Below, piece after piece: positions 22,968 through 31,575 of a stretch of DNA of 64,000 nucleotides. Every line of letters starts with the position of its first letter. The stretch's first letter is position 1. The stretch covers positions 1,043 through 65,042 of the forward strand of contig JAGARO010000012.1 of NCBI GenBank assembly GCA_017622215.1, written 5' to 3'. Position numbers and translations under genes: made by a program. The DNA is from Clostridia bacterium. Its GTDB lineage: Bacteria; Bacillota; Clostridia; Monoglobales; Monoglobaceae. The notes beneath the pieces were generated by a model. That model saw nothing but the letters and a program-made list of their open reading frames with translations. It did not search any database and was not told the origin of the DNA.

Positions 22968-23684
22968 ATGAAAACTGCTATGAATAAAAAGTTTTTCCTT
23001 AAGGGATTCAAAGATGCTATTCCTGTGGGGCTTGGATATCTTGCTGTAAGCTTCAGCCTGGGCATTGCCTGTCAGAGAATTGGTATGAATCCTTTTCAGG
23101 GGTTTTTGATAAGTATATTAAATAACGCATCCGCAGGGGAATATGCGGGAATTAAGGTTATTGAAGAAAATGCAGGCATTATAACTATGATTGCTATGAT
23201 GATTGTAGCTAATGTACGCTATCTTCTTATGAGCTGTGCCCTAAGTCAGAAGCTTTCTCCTGACTTAAAACTCGGCCACAGGCTTTTAATCGGCTTTGAC
23301 GTAACCGACGAGCTTTTTGGATTGGCTGTGTCCTGCGACGGATATTTAAAGCCTGCCTACTTTTACGGGGCTATGTGCTCCTCTGTGCCTTTCTGGGCGG
23401 TGGGCACTGTTTTGGGAATTATCGTTGGAAATCTTCTTCCGCAGTACATCGTAAGCGGATTTTCTGTTATGCTCTACGGTATGTTTCTTGCAATTATTAT
23501 CCCTGCAGGGAAGAAAGACAAGGTTGTGCTTGGTTGCGTAGTTTCTGCCTTTATACTTTCGGGACTTATGGAAGTTATTCCTGTTTTTTCAGGAATTTCA
23601 TCAGGCTTTAAGATTATAATTCTTACCCTGATTATCTCGGCTGTGGCGGCGGTTTGTTTCCCTAAAAAGGAGGAAGAGGCGTGA
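22968..23684 (+). CDS. azlC: AzlC family branched-chain amino acid permease subunit
   Basis: AIPVGLGYLAVSFSLGI N-terminal motif and a polytopic profile. The start is uncertain; in-frame candidates are 22953, 22968 and 22980. Confidence 0.8.
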   Translation: MKTAMNKKFFLKGFKDAIPVGLGYLAVSFSLGIACQRIGMNPFQGFLISILNNASAGEYAGIKVIEENAGIITMIAMMIVANVRYLLMSCALSQKLSPDLKLGHRLLIGFDVTDELFGLAVSCDGYLKPAYFYGAMCSSVPFWAVGTVLGIIVGNLLPQYIVSGFSVMLYGMFLAIIIPAGKKDKVVLGCVVSAFILSGLMEVIPVFSGISSGFKIIILTLIISAVAAVCFPKKEEEA

Positions 23685-23983
23685 TGAATACATACATTTA
23701 CATTCTTGTTATGGCGCTGGTTACATACTCCATAAGAGTTTTGCCTCTTACCTTAATCAGAAAGCCTATCAAAAGCGTTTTTATACGCTCCTTTCTATAT
23801 TATGTACCTTATGTAACTTTGGCTGTTATGACGTTCCCTGCTATTATGCAGACGGCTGATTCCTTTATTCCGGGACTTTTTGCTCTTATTGTGGGGGTAA
23901 TCTGCGCCTGGTGGGGTCTTGGGTTGTTTCCTGTTTCCGTTATCTGTTGCATAATGGTGCTTTTAGTTCAGCTGTTTTGCTGA
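23681..23983 (+). CDS. azlD: AzlD family protein
   Basis: 100-aa, 3-4 TM protein. Overlaps the azlC stop by 4 nt. Confidence 0.75.
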   Translation: MMNTYIYILVMALVTYSIRVLPLTLIRKPIKSVFIRSFLYYVPYVTLAVMTFPAIMQTADSFIPGLFALIVGVICAWWGLGLFPVSVICCIMVLLVQLFC

Positions 23984-24064
23984 GTTTAATGGCATTTTAC
24001 TCTTGACACTTTGGGAAATTATGGTATTCTTATAGTATAGAGATTTATCTCTTTGAGGTGAAAT

Positions 24065-24583
24065 ATGTTTAGCACGATTTTTACAATTGCAAATATAATA
24101 ACAAGCCTTAGAATTGTGGGGACTGCAGTTCTTTTATTTATTGCGCCCTTTACCAAAGAATTTTTTATAATCTATTCTCTTACAGGCTTTACAGATGCAA
24201 TAGACGGAACTATTGCAAGAAAAACCAACACACAGAGCCCGTTCGGTGCAAAGCTTGACAGCATTGCTGACCTGCTTTTATACGGGGTTATGCTTTTGAA
24301 GATTCTTCCTGTTTTACTTGGAATTCTTCCGCAGTATATCTGGGTTATTTTCTGGATTATTGTTATCATAAGAGCTGTAACTTATATTTATACTGCTTTT
24401 AAGCATCATAAGTTCCTAAGCAACCACACAGTTCTTAACAAAATTTCAGGATTTTTTGCGTTTATGCTCCCTTATTTTGTATGCGTAAAGAGTGTTGCGG
24501 TTTTATACTGTAACATAATTGGCGGTATTGTACTTATTTCTACTTTAGGAGACCTTTGGACAACATTCAGAAAGGATTCTTAA
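24065..24583 (+). CDS. CDP-alcohol phosphatidyltransferase family protein
   Basis: D(x2)DG(x2)AR...G(x3)D(x3)D motif: TDAIDGTIARK...GAKLDSIADLL. Confidence 0.8.
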   Translation: MFSTIFTIANIITSLRIVGTAVLLFIAPFTKEFFIIYSLTGFTDAIDGTIARKTNTQSPFGAKLDSIADLLLYGVMLLKILPVLLGILPQYIWVIFWIIVIIRAVTYIYTAFKHHKFLSNHTVLNKISGFFAFMLPYFVCVKSVAVLYCNIIGGIVLISTLGDLWTTFRKDS

Positions 24584-24589
24584 GGCTTT

Positions 24590-25921
24590 ATGAACATTCA
24601 GCTTTCAGAACATTTTAACTACAAAAAGCTTTTACGCTTTACAATTCCATCTGTTATCATGATGATTTTTACATCCATCTACGGCGTTGTAGATGGATTC
24701 TTTGTGTCCAATTATGTTGGTAAAATTCCTTTTGCTGCTATAAACTTCATTTATCCTGTAATTATGATTTTAGGCTGTTTCGGATTTATGTTCGGTGCAG
24801 GGGGCAGCGCTGTTATAGCAAGGACTATGGGCGAGGGGAAGCCTGAAAAAGCCAACGGGATTTTTTCTTTTATTGTTTATTTAAGCGTTGCCGTGGGTGT
24901 TATTTTGGCATTCGTGGGCATTGTTTTTTTGCCTGACCTTGCATCCCTTATGGGAGCAGAGGGACAGATGCACGCTGACGCTGTGGTTTATGCGAGGATT
25001 CTCCTTTTTGGACTCCCTTTTTTACTTCTTCAGTTTGAGTTTCAGACCTTTTTTGTTACTGCGGAAAAGCCTGTTTTAGGTCTTGTTTCAACGGTTTTAT
25101 CAGGGGTTACAAATATGGTTTTTGACTGGCTTTTTATGGCTGTTTTCCACCTCGGAATTGAGGGGGCTGCAGTTGCTACTGCCCTCAGTCAGGTTGTGGG
25201 CGGGGTTATTCCCCTTTTCTATTTTGGATTTTCAAAAGCCTCGATTTTGAGGCTTGGCAGGGCTTTGCCTGATTTCCGTGCACTTTTTAAGACTGTTACA
25301 AACGGCTCATCGGAGCTTTTGAGTAACATTTCCATGTCCCTTGTGGGCATTTTATACAACATTCAGCTCCTGAAATTTGCAGGGGAGGACGGAGTGGCCG
25401 CCTACGGAGTTTTAATGTATGTAAACTTTGTTTTTATATCTGCATTTATCGGCTATTCCGTTGGGATTGCGCCTGTGATTTCCTTCCATTTTGGAGCGCA
25501 AAATTACAGGGAGCTTAAAAGCTTATTAAGGAAAAGCTCTGTGATTATCGGGGTGCTGTCTTTGGGGATGTTTATCCTGTCGGAAGTTGTTGCTTATCCA
25601 TTTTCCTATTTGTTTGTAGGGTATGACAAGGCGCTTCTCGAAATGACATTAAGAGGATTTTTTATATTCTCTTTTTCATTTTTGTTTTCGGGATTTGCAA
25701 TATTTGGCTCGGGATTTTTCACAGCCTTAAACGACGGACTTACATCTGCCATTATATCCTTTTTCAGAACCCTTGTTTTCCAGCTTGTTGCAATTCTTGT
25801 TTTCCCTGTTTTCTGGGAGCTTGACGGAATATGGGTTTCTAACGTTGCGGCAGAGGTTCTGGCTGTTTTGCTTACAATTTTCTTTGTGGTTATCAGGAGA
25901 AAGAAATACAGATATTTTTAG
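24590..25921 (+). CDS. MATE family efflux transporter
   Basis: 443 aa with 12 TM segments and a MATE-like N-terminus (KLLRFTIPSVIMMIFTSIYGVVDGFFV). Confidence 0.88.
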   Translation: MNIQLSEHFNYKKLLRFTIPSVIMMIFTSIYGVVDGFFVSNYVGKIPFAAINFIYPVIMILGCFGFMFGAGGSAVIARTMGEGKPEKANGIFSFIVYLSVAVGVILAFVGIVFLPDLASLMGAEGQMHADAVVYARILLFGLPFLLLQFEFQTFFVTAEKPVLGLVSTVLSGVTNMVFDWLFMAVFHLGIEGAAVATALSQVVGGVIPLFYFGFSKASILRLGRALPDFRALFKTVTNGSSELLSNISMSLVGILYNIQLLKFAGEDGVAAYGVLMYVNFVFISAFIGYSVGIAPVISFHFGAQNYRELKSLLRKSSVIIGVLSLGMFILSEVVAYPFSYLFVGYDKALLEMTLRGFFIFSFSFLFSGFAIFGSGFFTALNDGLTSAIISFFRTLVFQLVAILVFPVFWELDGIWVSNVAAEVLAVLLTIFFVVIRRKKYRYF

Positions 25922-25932
25922 GAGGTATTTTT

Positions 25933-26238
25933 ATGAAAAAATGCAGAATTACTGCTATGAAACAGCATTGGCATAATGACCTTATGGAATTATACGAAAA
26001 TCCTATTAAAAATCATTGCGATATGGAGGTTGGCAGTGTATTTATCTCTGTTGACGCACAGATGCCTGAGGGCTTTTGCAGTAGTGCCTGGGAGTCGGTT
26101 TATCCTTTTGTTTTAGAACTTGCAAAGGGTGGCGGAAATTTCTTTGACGGTTGGATGAAAAATCCTTATTCAGCTATGGTTTCCTGTAACGACGGCTTCA
26201 GACCTATGAGCTTTTATGTTGAGGCTATTGAGGATTAA
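25933..26238 (+). CDS. small Cys-containing protein, TIGR04076-like (uncertain)
   Basis: 101 aa with 4 Cys. Family assignment is from memory only. Confidence 0.4.
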   Translation: MKKCRITAMKQHWHNDLMELYENPIKNHCDMEVGSVFISVDAQMPEGFCSSAWESVYPFVLELAKGGGNFFDGWMKNPYSAMVSCNDGFRPMSFYVEAIED

Positions 26239-26325
26239 ATTCGGGAACTTAAAAATACACAAAAACAGACAAAAAAATACACAAAAAAATGTTAGAAAAC
26301 ATTAAAAATTTTAATACAACTTTCA

Positions 26326-26354
26326 TTGACAAACTACGGCAATTATGTTATAAT
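26326..26354 (+). promoter_or_regulatory. consensus sigma-A promoter of the pur operon
   Basis: TTGACA, a 17-nt spacer, then TATAAT preceded by TGt (extended -10). Confidence 0.7.
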
Positions 26355-26370
26355 TTAACCATCAAAAAAT

Positions 26371-26441
26371 TCTGTAACTGACGGAGTTATGCGGAGCACC
26401 GCAATGAAACAGAAATTTTTTTATTGCCGACCGTCTGGGCA
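26371..26441 (+). promoter_or_regulatory. ZTP (ZMP/ZTP, pfl-motif) riboswitch aptamer
   Basis: 5' sub-domain ctgtAACTGACGGAgttatGCGGagcaCCGCaatgaaACAG, an A/T linker, then 3' sub-domain CCGACCGTCTGGGCA. The UGACG/CGUCU elements covary relative to the consensus UGGCG/CGCCU. Confidence 0.8.
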
Positions 26442-26483
26442 CACTTTGAACGTTTACAGTCATAGTGTGTCTTTTTATTTTTT
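26437..26483 (+). terminator. riboswitch expression-platform terminator
   Basis: gggcacact...agtgtgtct stem followed by ttttatttttt. The 5' arm overlaps the conserved GGGCA of the aptamer. Confidence 0.7.
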
Positions 26484-26497
26484 AGGAGGTTTTTTGT

Positions 26498-26980
26498 ATG
26501 AAAAAAGTTGGTATTATTATGGGTAGCGACAGCGATTTACCTATCATTGAGAAAGCTGTTAATGTACTTAAAGATTTTGGTGTGCCTTACGAGGTTCACA
26601 TTTATTCTGCTCACCGTACACCTGTAGAGGCTCGTGATTTTGCTGTGAATGCAAGAGAAAATGGTTTTGGTGCTATTATCGCGGCAGCAGGTATGGCGGC
26701 TCACCTTGCGGGTGCTATTGCGGCTAACACAACATTACCTGTTATCGGTATTCCTTGCAAGTCCTCTGTTTTAGACGGTATGGACGCACTTTTGGCTACT
26801 GTTCAGATGCCGACAGGTATTCCTGTGGCTACTGTTGCAATTAACGGCGGAGCTAACGCGGCTCTCCTTGCAATTCAGATTCTTGCGGTAGCTGACCCTG
26901 AACTTGCAAAGAAGCTTGACGAAAAAAGAGTTAATGACTCAAAGGCTGTTCTTACAAAGGACGCAAATTTATCACTGTAA
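26498..26980 (+). CDS. purE: 5-(carboxyamino)imidazole ribonucleotide mutase (class I-type PurE)
   Basis: SAHRTP and [10 protein letters not shown] motifs. Confidence 0.9.
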   Translation: MKKVGIIMGSDSDLPIIEKAVNVLKDFGVPYEVHIYSAHRTPVEARDFAVNARENGFGAIIAAAGMAAHLAGAIAANTTLPVIGIPCKSSVLDGMDALLATVQMPTGIPVATVAINGGANAALLAIQILAVADPELAKKLDEKRVNDSKAVLTKDANLSL

Positions 26981-27015
26981 ATAATTTAATATTTTATATA
27001 AAGGGGAAATTTATT

Positions 27016-27699
27016 ATGAAACTTATCTACACAGGAAAAACAAAGGACGTATTTGCACTTGAAAACGGCAACGTTTTACTTAAGTTCAAAGATGACTGCA
27101 CAGGCAAAGACGGCGTTTTTGACCCAGGTGAAAACTCAGTTGGACTTACAATTGACGGTGTTGGCGATGTAAACCTCAGAATGTCAATCTATTTCTTTGA
27201 AAAGATTAACGCTGCAGGAATTAAGACTCACTATATTAACGCTAATTTAGACGATACAACTATGGAAGTTGTTCCTGCTAAGGTATTCGGTAAGGGACTT
27301 GAAGTTATCTGCCGTTACAAGGCTGTAGGAAGCTTTTTCAGAAGATACAGCGATTACATTGAAGAAGGCGCTGATTTACCTGCTTACGTTGAAATGACTT
27401 TCAAGAACGACGAAAAGGGCGACCCGCTTGTAACTAAGGACGGTCTTGTTGACCTTGGCGTTATGACTGCTAAGCAGTATGACGATATGAAGGACATGAC
27501 ACAGAAGATTACTAAGATTGTTGCTGATGACCTTAAGGAAAAGGGTCTTGACCTTTACGATATTAAGTTTGAATTCGGTTACGATCAGGATGGCGAAGTT
27601 ATCCTTATTGACGAAATTGCTTCAGGCAATATGCGTGTATATAAGAACGGCGAGTACATTGACCCAATGACTCTTTCAAAGCTTTTCTTCAACAACTAA
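27016..27699 (+). CDS. purC: SAICAR synthase
   Basis: [12 protein letters not shown]-terminus; 227 aa, short type. Confidence 0.9.
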   Translation: MKLIYTGKTKDVFALENGNVLLKFKDDCTGKDGVFDPGENSVGLTIDGVGDVNLRMSIYFFEKINAAGIKTHYINANLDDTTMEVVPAKVFGKGLEVICRYKAVGSFFRRYSDYIEEGADLPAYVEMTFKNDEKGDPLVTKDGLVDLGVMTAKQYDDMKDMTQKITKIVADDLKEKGLDLYDIKFEFGYDQDGEVILIDEIASGNMRVYKNGEYIDPMTLSKLFFNN

Positions 27700-27726
27700 A
27701 TTTCAGCATCAGAAAGGATGTAAATA

Positions 27727-29148
27727 ATGGGCGGATTTTTTGGTGCAACCAGAAAAGACAGTGTAATATCCGATGTATTTTTCGGAACAGATTATCATTC
27801 CCACCTTGGTACTTCCAGCGCGGGAATTGCTGTTTTCGATAAAGAACGCGGACTTCAGAGAAAAATTCACAATATTTCAAACTCACCTTTCAGAACTAAA
27901 TTTGAAAAGGTTTTTGAACAGATGGAGGGGACGGCTGCTATCGGCAGTATTAACGATACTGACCCACAGCCACTTATTGTAAGGTCAAAGCTTGGACTTT
28001 ATGCCATTTGTTTTGTGGGTGTTATTAAAAACAGGGAGAAGCTTGTTGACGAATACGTTAAAAATGTGGGACAGCTCAGTGCTATGTCCAGCGGTATTGT
28101 TAACTCCACAGAGCTTTTGGCTGCTCTCATAAACGAAAAATCATCCTTTGAAGAAGGAATTTCCTTTGCACAGGATGTTATCGAGGGTACTGCTTTAATT
28201 ATTATCCTTAAGGATGACGGCAATATTATTGCTGCTCGAGATAAGGACGGAAGAATTCCTGTTCATATCGGACGAAATGAGGGTGGCTTTTGTGCTTCCT
28301 TTGAATCCTTTGCTTATCACAAGCTTGATTATGAGGATTATTACTCTCTGGGAGCAGGAGAAATTGTTGAACTTTCACCTGAGGGTATGACTGTTCTTAA
28401 AGAGAAAAATGAAAAGATGAAGGTTTGTGCTTTCCTCTGGTCATACTTCGGTTTCTCAACCTCTGATTACGAAAATGTGAATGTTGAGGTTATGAGATGC
28501 AGAAATGGTCAGCTTATGGCTAAGTCTGAAAGGGAAAAGGGTACGCTCCCTGAGGTTGACTTTGTTGCAGGTGTGCCTGACTCGGGTACTCCTCACGCAA
28601 TCGGATATGCTAACGAAAGTCATATTCCTTTTGCAAGACCATTTATCAAATATACTCCTACCTGGCCAAGAAGTTTTATGCCATCTTCCAAGCAGGAGAG
28701 AAACAGAGTTGCTAAAATGAAGCAGATTCCTGTTAAGGACCTTATTGAGGACAGAAAACTTTTATTTGTTGATGACTCAATCGTAAGAGGAACTCAGATG
28801 AGAGAAACTGTTGACTTCCTCTATGAAAACGGAGCCCTTGAGGTTCATATGAGGTCTGCCTGTCCTCCGATTATGTATGGTTGTAAATATCTTAACTTCT
28901 CACGCTCTACAAGTGATATGGATTTAATCACAAGAGCTACTATCGTTGAGCTTGAGGGAGAAGAGGGACTTAAGCATATCGGGGAATACTCCGACGGAAG
29001 CACTGAAAGAGGTAAGGCTTTAAGACAGGCTCTCTGCGACAAGCTTCACCTCACATCACTTGAATTCCAGTCTCTTGACAATCTTATTGAGGCTATCGGA
29101 ATTGATAAATGCAAGCTTTGTACTTATTGCTGGAACGGAAAAGAGTAA
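27727..29148 (+). CDS. purF: amidophosphoribosyltransferase homologue with divergent N-terminal (Ntn glutaminase-like) domain
   Basis: PRTase motifs GVPDSGTPHAIGYA and FVDDSIVRGT are present, and Cys at positions equivalent to the 4Fe-4S ligands are present. The N-terminus reads MGGFFG instead of (M)CG(I/V)xG. Confidence 0.8.
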   Translation: MGGFFGATRKDSVISDVFFGTDYHSHLGTSSAGIAVFDKERGLQRKIHNISNSPFRTKFEKVFEQMEGTAAIGSINDTDPQPLIVRSKLGLYAICFVGVIKNREKLVDEYVKNVGQLSAMSSGIVNSTELLAALINEKSSFEEGISFAQDVIEGTALIIILKDDGNIIAARDKDGRIPVHIGRNEGGFCASFESFAYHKLDYEDYYSLGAGEIVELSPEGMTVLKEKNEKMKVCAFLWSYFGFSTSDYENVNVEVMRCRNGQLMAKSEREKGTLPEVDFVAGVPDSGTPHAIGYANESHIPFARPFIKYTPTWPRSFMPSSKQERNRVAKMKQIPVKDLIEDRKLLFVDDSIVRGTQMRETVDFLYENGALEVHMRSACPPIMYGCKYLNFSRSTSDMDLITRATIVELEGEEGLKHIGEYSDGSTERGKALRQALCDKLHLTSLEFQSLDNLIEAIGIDKCKLCTYCWNGKE

Positions 29149-29166
29149 ATATAAGGAGAAAAAAAT

Positions 29167-30210
29167 ATGAATGAAATTTCTATGTCTGAAAGCTATGCTA
29201 AAGCCGGTGTTGATATAACTGCCGGTTATAAGGCTGTTGAACTTATGAAACAGCACATTGCTAAAACTGTTACATCAGGGGTTTGCTCCGATGTTGGCGG
29301 TTTCGGCGGACTTTTTGAACTTGACCTTGAGGGTATTAAAAAGCCTGTATTGGTTAGCGGTACTGACGGTGTTGGTACTAAACTTAAGATTGCTTTCCTT
29401 ATGGACAAGCATGATACAGTTGGTATTGACTGTGTTGCTATGTGCGTAAACGATATTATCTGTGCAGGGGCAAAGCCTCTCTTTTTCCTTGACTATATTG
29501 CTTGCGGAAAGAATTTCCCTGAAAAAATCGCAGACATTGTTAAGGGCGTTTGTGAGGGCTGTGTTCAGTCCGGTGCTGCTTTAATCGGCGGTGAAACTGC
29601 TGAAATGCCTGGCTTCTATCCAATTGATGAATATGACCTTGCAGGTTTCAGCGTTGGTGTTGTTGACAAGGACAAGATTATTGATAACAAGAAAATGAAA
29701 GAGGGAGATGTAATCATCGCTCTTCCATCAACGGGTGTTCACTCAAACGGTTTCTCTCTCGTGAGAAAGGTATTTGATGTTGAAAATGCTGACCTTAAGA
29801 CTCCTGTTGCTGAGCTTGGCGGAAAGTCACTTGGCGAAACACTTTTAACACCTACAAAGATTTATGTTAAGCCTGTTTTAGCACTTTTAGATGCTGTTGA
29901 TGTAAAGGCAATTTCACATATTACAGGCGGTGGCTTCTACGAAAATATCCCAAGAAGTATTCCTGACGGCTTTGGTGCGAAGATTGACAAGGCGTCAGTT
30001 AAGGTTCTTCCGATTTTTGATTACCTTGCTAAAGTTGGTAATATCAGCGAAAGAGATATGTTTAACACTTACAATATGGGCGTTGGCATGAGCATTGTTG
30101 TTGCTCCTGAAGATGTAGAAAAGTCACTTTCAATCTTAAAGGAAGCAGGGGAAGATGCTTACGTTATCGGCGAAATTGTTAAGTCTGATACTAAGATTGA
30201 AATTATTTAA
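29167..30210 (+). CDS. purM: AIR synthase
   Basis: [16 protein letters not shown] and GGETAEMPG motifs. Confidence 0.93.
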   Translation: MNEISMSESYAKAGVDITAGYKAVELMKQHIAKTVTSGVCSDVGGFGGLFELDLEGIKKPVLVSGTDGVGTKLKIAFLMDKHDTVGIDCVAMCVNDIICAGAKPLFFLDYIACGKNFPEKIADIVKGVCEGCVQSGAALIGGETAEMPGFYPIDEYDLAGFSVGVVDKDKIIDNKKMKEGDVIIALPSTGVHSNGFSLVRKVFDVENADLKTPVAELGGKSLGETLLTPTKIYVKPVLALLDAVDVKAISHITGGGFYENIPRSIPDGFGAKIDKASVKVLPIFDYLAKVGNISERDMFNTYNMGVGMSIVVAPEDVEKSLSILKEAGEDAYVIGEIVKSDTKIEII

Positions 30211-30226
30211 TTTTGGAGGTTAACTT

Positions 30227-30838
30227 ATGAAGAAAGCAAATATTGCTGTTCTTGTATCCGGTGGAGGAACTAATCTTCAGGCTTTAATAAATGCACAGAA
30301 AAAGGGCATTATTGAAAGCGGAGAAATTAAGGTTGTTATATCCAACAAAGAGGGCGCCTTTGCACTTGAAAGAGCCCGCAAGGCTGGAATTGACGCGGTG
30401 GTTGTTCCTAAAAAGGAATGTAAGAGTCAGGCTGAGTTTGAAGAAAAGCTTGTCTCCGTTCTTTCGGATTATAAGATTGACCTTATTATTCTTGCGGGAT
30501 TTATGTGCATTTTAAGTGAAAACTTTACAAAGAGATTCCCAAAGAGAATTATTAACGTTCACCCATCTTTAATACCTTCATTCTGTGGTGAGGGCTTCTA
30601 CGGACTTCGTGTTCATGAGGCTGCACTGGAAAAAGGAGTTAAGGTTACAGGGGCTACGGTGCATTTTGTAAACGAAATCCCTGACGGTGGGGAGATAATT
30701 TTCCAGAAGGCTGTTGCTATATACGAGGATGATACTCCTGAAACTCTTCAGAAGAGAGTTATGCGACTTGCTGAATGGAAGATACTGCCTATGGCGGCAG
30801 AAAAAGTGTCTTTGGACATTGTTAAGGAAAGGAAATAG
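30227..30838 (+). CDS. purN: GAR formyltransferase
   Basis: VLVSGGGTNLQALI and NVHPSLIPSF motifs. Confidence 0.92.
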   Translation: MKKANIAVLVSGGGTNLQALINAQKKGIIESGEIKVVISNKEGAFALERARKAGIDAVVVPKKECKSQAEFEEKLVSVLSDYKIDLIILAGFMCILSENFTKRFPKRIINVHPSLIPSFCGEGFYGLRVHEAALEKGVKVTGATVHFVNEIPDGGEIIFQKAVAIYEDDTPETLQKRVMRLAEWKILPMAAEKVSLDIVKERK

Positions 30839-30840
30839 AT

Positions 30841-31560
30841 ATGAATATTTATAAGATAAATACAATTGATGAGCTTATCAAAGGCAATTCTTACGTTGGC
30901 CGTGGAATTGTTATCGGTAAGACTCCTGACGGAAAAAAGGCTTGTTCAGCTTACTTTATTATGGGAAGAAGTAACAACAGCCGTAACAGAATTTTTACAG
31001 TAAAAGATAACGCTGTGTTTACTGAACCATTTGATGCATCAAAGGTTGAAGACCCAAGCCTTATTATTTACGCAGCTGTTAGAGAGCTTGACAACAAGCT
31101 TATCGTTACAAACGGCGACCAGACAGATACAATCTATGAGGGTCTTAAGAATGGACTTGGTTTTGCTGAAGCACTTAAGTCCCGTGAATTTGAGCCTGAC
31201 GCTCCTAACTTCACACCAAGAATCAGCGGTATGATTACTTTCGGTGAGGGTGATTTTACTTATGATATGAGCATTTTAAAGAGTGCTGACAGCGAGGGAA
31301 CTGCTTGTAACAGATATACATATTCATACAATGCACTCCCAGGTCTCGGACACTTCATTCACACTTATGTTTGCGACGGAAACCCAATTCCTACTTTCCA
31401 GGGCGAACCTGAAAGAATGGAAATGGATAATGATATTGATACATTCACAGAAAATATCTGGAATGCTCTTGACGAGGACAACAAGATTTCACTTTATGTG
31501 AGATACACTGACCTTGAAACAGGGGAAGAAACATCAAGACTTATTAACAAGAACAAGTAA
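30841..31560 (+). CDS. IMP cyclohydrolase, PurO-like (archaeal type)
   Basis: YVGRGIVIGKT...YFIMGRSNNSRNR resembles the PurO family. Sits directly before the AICARFT-only purH. Confidence 0.75.
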   Translation: MNIYKINTIDELIKGNSYVGRGIVIGKTPDGKKACSAYFIMGRSNNSRNRIFTVKDNAVFTEPFDASKVEDPSLIIYAAVRELDNKLIVTNGDQTDTIYEGLKNGLGFAEALKSREFEPDAPNFTPRISGMITFGEGDFTYDMSILKSADSEGTACNRYTYSYNALPGLGHFIHTYVCDGNPIPTFQGEPERMEMDNDIDTFTENIWNALDEDNKISLYVRYTDLETGEETSRLINKNK

Positions 31561-31575
31561 AAAGGAGAATTAAAG

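Noticed and set aside
26340-26480. A purine (guanine/adenine) riboswitch, which is the usual leader of Firmicute pur operons.
   Set aside because: The leader lacks the purine-aptamer core (three-way junction with UAUAAU...CUACC-like conserved loops). It matches the bipartite ZTP motif instead.
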